Origin: Dehalococcoidia bacterium
GTDB lineage: Bacteria > Chloroflexota > Dehalococcoidia > Lucifugimonadales > JAGWBF01
Length of the DNA: 64,000 bases
Direction of reading: 5' to 3'
Assembly (NCBI GenBank): GCA_034422875.1
Contig: DAOUJI010000079.1
Location: 9,928-73,927, forward strand
Shown here: one piece after another, positions 57,835 through 64,000 of the stretch
How positions within the stretch are numbered: the stretch's first letter is position 1
Layout of the letters: every line of letters starts with the position of its first letter
The notes under the pieces: generated by a model
What the model saw: the letters and a program-made list of their open reading frames with translations, nothing else
What the model was told of the DNA's origin: nothing
The model's database searches: none
Position numbers and translations under genes: made by a program

Positions 57835-58242
57835 ATGACTCAAACGTCACCTATGGAACCATATGACCAAACCGGTGTCGCAGTAGACGATTATCGGCGG
57901 CAGTCCAGAGTGTTCCTGGCAAAGGCGCGGGAATATCTGGCTTCAAATGATTTGCATCAGGCGTCGGAAAAAGGTTGGGGAGCCGTTGCCTGGATGGCAA
58001 AAGCCGTAGCGGAAGCCCAAGGCTGGCAGTACAAGAAGCACGACGAGTTCTTCACGGTCATGTACCAAGCCGAGGATATGGCTGATGATGCCCGTCTGCC
58101 GGGTCTATGGCATGTGGCGAACACGCTCCACGGTTTCTTTTACACTCGTAAGATGTTCCTGCGCGCTAGCGCCATCGGCCAGGGACTCGACCAGATAGAA
58201 ACCGTGTTGGACATCCTTCACCCGCTGACCGAGTCCAGGTAA
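57835..58242 (+). CDS. PaREP1/HEPN-like helical protein
   Basis: DLHQASEKGWGA..MAKAVA.AQGW.Y..HDEF...LHGFFY, nearly identical in motif to 30631-31020. Confidence 0.8.
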   Translation: MTQTSPMEPYDQTGVAVDDYRRQSRVFLAKAREYLASNDLHQASEKGWGAVAWMAKAVAEAQGWQYKKHDEFFTVMYQAEDMADDARLPGLWHVANTLHGFFYTRKMFLRASAIGQGLDQIETVLDILHPLTESR

Positions 58243-58273
58243 GCAGTCTGGGTACGTTATTTGGACCCTGTCC

Positions 58274-59314
58274 TCAAGTAAGGGGCAAGGGCGGCTGCCA
58301 CCATTTGCTGGTGTCATTGACGTGAATGGACTCCACCCATTTCACCCACTCGAACCCTCGTTTGTCCGGCGCCACCAACCGCACAGGAAACCCGTGGCCG
58401 TGAGAGATAGTGTCACCACCAACGTGGGTGGCCAGCAGAAGCTTCTCGGCCTCGTTCATCGAGAATTTCCGTTGGTAGCCGGTAACTGATCTCACCGTGA
58501 CGCTGCCCGCCCCCGGTTCCACTCCGGCGGACTCCAGCACATCCCTCAAAGGAGTCCCCTCCCATTCCTGGGTTGAATGCCATCCGCCGGTGCAGTCCAA
58601 AGTGCAGGTGAGCTTGTCATAGCGGCCCGCCAGCTCCTCCAGACCAAGGTCCAGTTCCTGTCCCACCAGCCCCGACACCTTAAGTCGCCATTTCCCACCA
58701 TCAACCGGATCCGGATCATCGTTCAGCCAGGATGTGGTGGGGAAGGCGTTGCCCTTAAAGCTGCCCCGTTCGTACGAGCCGGTGAAGCGTCTGTCCTCCC
58801 CAGGAAGTTCGAAGGCCTCGGCGACAAACTCGCCTGTGCGCCAAAGGGCCAACCCAGCCAGGCTCAACCCGGCCAGCCTCAAAAAGGACCTACGTTCCAC
58901 CCAAAACCGAGGCCGCAAGGTATAGGAGTGCTTAGCAACATGCCAGACCACGAAGGGAGCCAGGAACAGCGACAGGTATATGTGCCAGCTCAAGCCGCTT
59001 ATTCCGCTGTAGGAGAAGTAACCGCCGTGGCTCCACACCACACCCAGCACGAGGGCTCCGATCAGCGCCAAGAGCATCACGACAGACCCGATGTACAGAA
59101 CCGGCTTGCGCTTCCACCCGCTGAGGCTGGTCAGCGGAGCCAGGACATTGCGGCCCTTCCAGATAAGGAGCGCCACCAGGGCGAACCCGGAGATGCGGTG
59201 GGCGACGGTGGCGGGCGCCCAATCAGGGGATCCTCCCAACAGGCCGAAAAAGCCGCTAAGGAGCGAAAGGCCGCCTACAACTAGAATAAAGACGTTGGCC
59301 CAAGGGTGCGCCAT
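58274..59314 (-). CDS. Sulfite-oxidase-family molybdopterin oxidoreductase with N-terminal membrane domain
   Basis: Four hydrophobic segments with His residues, then LDCTGGW, HGHGFPVRLVAP...WVKWV. Confidence 0.88.
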   Translation of the reverse strand: MAHPWANVFILVVGGLSLLSGFFGLLGGSPDWAPATVAHRISGFALVALLIWKGRNVLAPLTSLSGWKRKPVLYIGSVVMLLALIGALVLGVVWSHGGYFSYSGISGLSWHIYLSLFLAPFVVWHVAKHSYTLRPRFWVERRSFLRLAGLSLAGLALWRTGEFVAEAFELPGEDRRFTGSYERGSFKGNAFPTTSWLNDDPDPVDGGKWRLKVSGLVGQELDLGLEELAGRYDKLTCTLDCTGGWHSTQEWEGTPLRDVLESAGVEPGAGSVTVRSVTGYQRKFSMNEAEKLLLATHVGGDTISHGHGFPVRLVAPDKRGFEWVKWVESIHVNDTSKWWQPPLPLT

Positions 59315-59371
59315 GTCCTAGTCCTGGGGGGAGAGTACAGCCTAGTATACGCCCTCTTGGTCAGGACGGTT

Positions 59372-59923
59372 CTATTGGAACAGCTCTCGGACGGAGACCT
59401 GGAACCCCGGGACCACGGCACCGCCGCTCAGCGATTCAGACTCGGTTAGGACTTGTGGGACTTGGCCCTGTTCGTGGACCGTTACGGTGCGGTCGCCTGG
59501 GTCAACCACCCAGACGGCTGATGTACCCGCCGCCAGCCACGGCTCCGTTTTCTCACGGACCTCTCGATTGGAGTCGCTTGGGGACTTGACCTCTATAGCA
59601 AGATCCGGAGCCAGTTCCAGGAAGCCGGCAGGCACATCTCCAGTGGGCAGAGTATCATAAGACACGAATGAAACGTCGGGAGCCAGCACGGTGTCTGGGC
59701 CACGGCTGATTACGAAGCCTGTATCTGCTGTGAACATGCGGCCCAGTCGGCTCACCTTCACGTGAACGCCCAAAGCGATGTGCAAATTCGAACCAGCGTT
59801 GCCATGCCTCCCTCCAGCTGGCGGCATCTCGTACAGCTCCCCTTTCACTAACTCGAGGCGTCGGCCATCCGACGGGAGACGTAGCAATTCCTCTGCTGTA
59901 AACAACTTCTTCTTTACACGCAT
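59372..59923 (-). CDS. Uma2 family endonuclease
   Basis: ELVKGEL..MPP, APDVSFV, APDLAIEVKSPSD, WVVDP, VPGF...V.ELF. Confidence 0.9.
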   Translation of the reverse strand: MRVKKKLFTAEELLRLPSDGRRLELVKGELYEMPPAGGRHGNAGSNLHIALGVHVKVSRLGRMFTADTGFVISRGPDTVLAPDVSFVSYDTLPTGDVPAGFLELAPDLAIEVKSPSDSNREVREKTEPWLAAGTSAVWVVDPGDRTVTVHEQGQVPQVLTESESLSGGAVVPGFQVSVRELFQ

Positions 59924-59940
59924 GGCCTGGTGTTCCCTGT

Positions 59941-61239
59941 TCAGTCTTTCAACTCCTGAACCGCCCTGCGGAACGCTTCCAGTGTAGCATCGATCTCATT
60001 TTCGTGGGCCAGGGAGAGATAAATCTTTTCCGGCCATCCCTTAAGGACGCCCTGGTCCAGCAAGAGTCGGGTGAATTCAACCATCTTGCCAGCGTCGGCT
60101 TTCAGGGTGTCGCGGTAGTCATTCACTGGCTGATCGGTGAACAAGAGGCCAAAGATAGGGGCCTCTCCTACGACAGCAACCGGAATCTCTGCCTCGGAGA
60201 AAACCTGCGAAATCCCTTCCTTTAACTGCGTGCCAAGGGCATGCAGCTTAGCGTAGGCGCCCTCCTTCCTGAGTTCGGCCAGGGTCGCCAAGCCGGCGGC
60301 TGCGGCGACGGGGTTTCCGTTAAGGGTCCCTATCTGTGGAACAAAGGAGTTGGTTTCTTGGGCCGACGGGTCGAATGCGGACAAGATTTCTTCCCGTCCT
60401 GCCACGATGGCCAGAGGATACCCGCCTCCGACAATCTTTCCCATCGTGCACAGGTCAGGAGTGACGCCGTAGTATTCCTGAGCTCCCCCATAGGCCAACC
60501 TGAAGCCGGTGACCACCTCGTCGAAAATCAGGGGGATTTCATAGTGGGCGGTGATGTCCCTAAGCTGCTGGAGGAACCCCGGCGCGGGAGGTATCACTCG
60601 CTGCTGAGGTTCGATGATGACGGCTCCCAGGTCGTCGTGGTTCCTCTCGATGATGGCTGCCACGGTCTCTATATCGTTGTAGGGAGCCACCAACACTGTG
60701 TCTGCAACCGCTGCGGGGATTCCGGCCGAGTTCGGAACAGGCTCGGGAAAGTCTCTGAGCTGTGAAGCCGGGGGGTTCAAGCTCATCAGTGCATAGTCGC
60801 TGCTGCCGTGGAAGCCACCCTCGAACTTCAATATCTTGTCCCGCTTACGGTAGGCTCTGGCGATTCGCATGGCCTGGAAACAGGCGTCGGTCCCGCTCGT
60901 CGTGAAGCGGACCTGGTCGGCGCAAGGGACGGCTCTGACGACTTCCTCTGCCAGCAGAATGGCCCGTTCGTTGACGGCGAAGAAGGTGCTGCCCTCTTCA
61001 ACAGCTTCTACAACCGCTTCAACCACACTTGGATGAGAGTGTCCCAAGACAAGAGGGCCCGAACCCATGAGGTAGTCGATGTACTCATTGCCCGCTGCGT
61101 CCCACACCCGCGAACCCTTCCCCTTGGTGAGGACGAGGGTTCTCTCGGCGTCCGGAATGGGGTTGCCCATGTTGGAACCGGGAAAAAACTGGGAAGCCTT
61201 GGCAAGAAGCTCGGCTTCCCGATTGGCGCCGTATGTCAT
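59941..61239 (-). CDS. Class-III PLP aminotransferase (glutamate-1-semialdehyde aminomutase-like)
   Basis: EYIDYLMGSGP.VLGH, TSGTDA, FEGGFHG, LIFDEVVTGFR, TMGKIVGGG, GTLNGNP; start ATG 61239. Confidence 0.88.
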   Translation of the reverse strand: MTYGANREAELLAKASQFFPGSNMGNPIPDAERTLVLTKGKGSRVWDAAGNEYIDYLMGSGPLVLGHSHPSVVEAVVEAVEEGSTFFAVNERAILLAEEVVRAVPCADQVRFTTSGTDACFQAMRIARAYRKRDKILKFEGGFHGSSDYALMSLNPPASQLRDFPEPVPNSAGIPAAVADTVLVAPYNDIETVAAIIERNHDDLGAVIIEPQQRVIPPAPGFLQQLRDITAHYEIPLIFDEVVTGFRLAYGGAQEYYGVTPDLCTMGKIVGGGYPLAIVAGREEILSAFDPSAQETNSFVPQIGTLNGNPVAAAAGLATLAELRKEGAYAKLHALGTQLKEGISQVFSEAEIPVAVVGEAPIFGLLFTDQPVNDYRDTLKADAGKMVEFTRLLLDQGVLKGWPEKIYLSLAHENEIDATLEAFRRAVQELKD

Positions 61240-61282
61240 TGTAGTATCTCCCTTGGGAAGGAACGTGACGGGTCGGCAGCCC

Positions 61283-62224
61283 TTAGCCTTCCGAGTCCGC
61301 CTTTTCCATGACTTCAATCAGCTCTTTGACGCTGGCGGCGGATTTGTCCAAGGCCGCCTTCTCTTCAGGAGTGAGGCTGATTTCGATGATCTGCTCCATG
61401 CCTGCCGCCCCCAGCTTGACGGGCACGCCCACATAGAGGCCGTTGATGCCGTACTCTCCGTCCAGGTACACGCAGCAAGGAAGGATGCGCTTCTTGTCCA
61501 GGAGCACGGCCTCCGCCATCTGAACGATGGCTGCTGACGGGGCATAGAAGGCGCTCCCCTGCTTCAGCAGCGCGACGATTTCTCCGCCGCCTTGCCTGGT
61601 GCGTTGCACCAGAGCCTCAATGCGGTCGGCGGACAGCAACTCGGAGATGGGAATGCCGCCCACGGTGGTGTACCGGACCAAGGGCACCATGTCGTCGCCG
61701 TGACTGCCCAGCACGTAGGCTTGCACGTCCTCCACGGACACGTCCAGTTCCTGGGCAATGAATGTACGGAACCGGGAGGTGTCGAGGATTCCGGCCATTC
61801 CGAACACCCGCTCCCGGGGGAAGCCGCTGATGTTGTAAGCATGCTGGACCATGGCGTCCAGTGGGTTGGTGACTACAATCAGGATGGCGTTGGGAGAATG
61901 TTTGACCACCTCCTCAGTCACGGAGCCTATGATTTTCATGTTGGTGAGGAGCAGGTCGTCGCGGCTCATTCCGGGACGCCGGGCGATTCCCGCGGTGATA
62001 ATCACCAGATCGGACTCAGCGGTTGCTTCATATCCGTTGCTGCCGGTAATCAACGCGTCGGTCCCCAGCACCGGTCCCGACTCCAGCATGTCCAGCGCTT
62101 TTCCCTGGGGCATGTCTTCCACCACGTCCACTAGGACTACGTCAGCATAGCCCAGGGCGTGGATTCTCTCTGCGGTGGTGGCGCCGACGTTGCCGGCGCC
62201 CACGACCGTCACTTTCTTGCGCAT
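61283..62224 (-). CDS. mdh: Malate dehydrogenase (LDH-like)
   Basis: [38 protein letters not shown]. Confidence 0.95.
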   Translation of the reverse strand: MRKKVTVVGAGNVGATTAERIHALGYADVVLVDVVEDMPQGKALDMLESGPVLGTDALITGSNGYEATAESDLVIITAGIARRPGMSRDDLLLTNMKIIGSVTEEVVKHSPNAILIVVTNPLDAMVQHAYNISGFPRERVFGMAGILDTSRFRTFIAQELDVSVEDVQAYVLGSHGDDMVPLVRYTTVGGIPISELLSADRIEALVQRTRQGGGEIVALLKQGSAFYAPSAAIVQMAEAVLLDKKRILPCCVYLDGEYGINGLYVGVPVKLGAAGMEQIIEISLTPEEKAALDKSAASVKELIEVMEKADSEG

Positions 62225-62265
62225 TAATCAGTCTCCTATCGGTCTTATCGTGAGTAAGGCTGGCT

Positions 62266-63468
62266 CTAGGCGTAGACGTACTCTTCCCAGCGAGCGTCCA
62301 GGCTGGAGTCGGCTACGGTGGCCATGATGTATTCGCCGAACTCTTTGCCCGTGGCGCCTGTGTCCCGGCCCGTCATGGTGATTTTGCGCTCGTACTGGCC
62401 GCAGACATCCAGGGCCTTGTGGAGCTTGCTGCCCTCCGCCTCAAACCCGATGTGCTCCAGCAGCATGGCCCCTGCCCGCATCATGGAGCTGGGGTCGGCG
62501 AACTGGGCCCGGTTCTCCCTCACCATCCGGGGCGCCGAGCCGTGGATGGCCTCGAACATGCCGTAGCGCTTGCCCACGTTGGCGCTTCCGGCGGTGCCGA
62601 CTCCGCCCTGTATCTGGGCCGCCTCGTCTGTGAGGATGTCTCCGTATAGGTTGGGAAGCGCCAGCACTTGGAACTGCTTCTGGCGCGCGGGGTTAATCAG
62701 GGCGGCGGTCATGATGTCGATGTACCAGCCCTCCCATGTGATGCCGGGGTAGTTCTCGGCAACCTTCCGGGCGATGTCCAGGAACTTGCCGTCGGTGGTC
62801 TTCACGATGTTGGCCTTGGTCACTATCGTGACGTTGTCCTTGCCGGTCCGCTTGGCGTGGGCAAAGGCGGCCTCAATGATTCGCTCCGACCCCTGGCTGG
62901 TGATGACACGAAAGTCGATTCCCAGGTCGTCGGTCACGTTGATTCCCTGGCTGCCCACAGCGTACATGTCCTCGGTGTTCTCACGGAAGAAGGTCCAGTC
63001 GATTCCCTGGGCGGGAATGCGCACCGGCCGGACGTTGGCGAAGAGGTCCAGTTCCTTCCGCATTGCGACGTTGGCCGACTCGATGTTGGGCCAGCCATCC
63101 CCACGTTCAGGCGTGTGGGTGGGGCCCTTAAGGGTCACGTGGCACTCTCTAATCTCGGCCAGCACGTCGTCGGGGATGGCCTTGAGCTTCTCCGCCCGGT
63201 TCTCGATGGTCAAACCTTCGAGTACCCGGAACTCCACCTTGCCAGTGGCGACCGAGTCCTTCAGGAGGTGCTCCAGCACCGTCTGGGACTCGGCGGCGAT
63301 GTAGGGTCCGATTCCGTCTCCGCCCAGCATCCCGACGATAATGGGGCTCACTCCGCTGTAGTCTATCCAGTCCGGTTCCGCCTTCAGGCGTTCGACGCGC
63401 TCAAGCTGCTGCTCGAGTACGGCGCCGAAATGCTCCTTTGCCTGTTCTATAGCCTGCTTGTCAGCCAT
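62266..63468 (-). CDS. Isocitrate/isopropylmalate dehydrogenase family, probably isocitrate dehydrogenase
   Basis: GDGIGP, LKGPT.TP, SANVAMRKELDLFANVRP, FRENTED, KANIVK, LPNLYGDILTD, FEAIHGSAP; directly upstream of mdh. Confidence 0.88.
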   Translation of the reverse strand: MADKQAIEQAKEHFGAVLEQQLERVERLKAEPDWIDYSGVSPIIVGMLGGDGIGPYIAAESQTVLEHLLKDSVATGKVEFRVLEGLTIENRAEKLKAIPDDVLAEIRECHVTLKGPTHTPERGDGWPNIESANVAMRKELDLFANVRPVRIPAQGIDWTFFRENTEDMYAVGSQGINVTDDLGIDFRVITSQGSERIIEAAFAHAKRTGKDNVTIVTKANIVKTTDGKFLDIARKVAENYPGITWEGWYIDIMTAALINPARQKQFQVLALPNLYGDILTDEAAQIQGGVGTAGSANVGKRYGMFEAIHGSAPRMVRENRAQFADPSSMMRAGAMLLEHIGFEAEGSKLHKALDVCGQYERKITMTGRDTGATGKEFGEYIMATVADSSLDARWEEYVYA

Positions 63469-63506
63469 GAGTTCCTCCAAAGGTGTGGTATGGGATCCTC
63501 TGCAAA

Positions 63507-63541
63507 CCTCCTCTCCCTTGGGGAGAGGGGCGGGGTGAGGG
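63507..63541 (+). repeat. REP-like palindromic repeat, copy 5
   Basis: cctcctctccc-ttg-gggagagggg-cggggtgaggg. Confidence 0.7.
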
Positions 63542-63640
63542 TGTCCGCCTCATAAAAACCTGCCCAATTATACATCCAAACCCGGAGCGTGGGTAGGCTG
63601 GGGCGGCGCAAAGGACTTCCCGCCTGTGACTTTGGCGTGG

Positions 63641-64000
63641 TCAGACGAGGAACAAAGCCGAAACAGCAGCGACAGCGATTAGCGCTAGGGCCGCCAGCAA
63701 GCTGCCGCAGCCTTGAGCGACGGGCGCGGATCTAGGACTCACGCTGGGAGTCGGGGCGGCATTCCTAGACTCGATGCGGCGTTGGGTTTTGGCAGCCTCG
63801 GTTTCAGGGCTTGTCCCCTGGACTTTGAGAGATCCGTCGCTGTTGTCCCATGCTCTGACTCTACCGGTGGAGATGGACAATTCTACGATGCCTGAGGGGA
63901 AATGCCAGGTCTCTAGGTCGCTGTCTTCGTCTTCATCGAACTTCCCAACTGGCTCATAGTATTCAGGGTTCCTTGGTTTGCCTAAATCTCTGTCGACTTC
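63641..64000 (-). CDS. Hypothetical protein with C-terminal membrane anchor, 5' end outside the window
   Basis: Frame of the 63641-63880 ORF stays open to 64000 (EVDRDLGKPRNPEYYEPVGKF...) and ends in GCGSLLAALALIAVAAVSALFLV. Confidence 0.65.
   Translation of the reverse strand, partial: EVDRDLGKPRNPEYYEPVGKFDEDEDSDLETWHFPSGIVELSISTGRVRAWDNSDGSLKVQGTSPETEAAKTQRRIESRNAAPTPSVSPRSAPVAQGCGSLLAALALIAVAAVSALFLV

Noticed and set aside
59941-61239. Calling the aminotransferase hemL
   Set aside because: Family motifs are present but no heme-biosynthesis context, and such paralogs are common; left unassigned

Overview
A 64-kb, GC-rich, gene-dense bacterial chromosomal window. Gene content suggests Chloroflexota/Dehalococcoidia, probably SAR202-like; this is inference only, from paralogous CoA-transferases, SDRs, FAH and amidohydrolases, an F420-type LLM enzyme, an 11-subunit complex I, a CCG-anchored succinate dehydrogenase and a secreted plant-type LRR protein. 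The left half (1-34 kb) is mostly catabolic enzymes with small lower-GC defence-like insertions (GmrSD nuclease, orphan antitoxin, HsdR-N nuclease, PaREP1/HEPN). The right half is core: lspA-rluD-gltX-glnS, nuoABCDHIJK-(DUF2007)-LMN, nadK, a Nudix hydrolase, sdhAB plus an HdrB-like subunit, mdh and an icd-like gene. The top finding is a BtuF-like gene (9363-10280, minus) interrupted by one in-frame TGA exactly at the second Cys of the family CxxC motif (C-A-E-U) and followed by an fdhF-like SECIS hairpin, i.e. a probable signal-peptide-less selenoprotein at the end of a dehydrogenase-FAH-cyclic amidohydrolase operon. Also found: an unlisted 58-aa GatC/AtzG-like ORF upstream of an amidase, a five-copy REP-like palindrome family (one copy inside the nuoI 3' end), a zinc-ribbon-tailed LspA and a compositionally mosaic LRR gene. 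No rRNA, tRNA, CRISPR array or transposase was seen.
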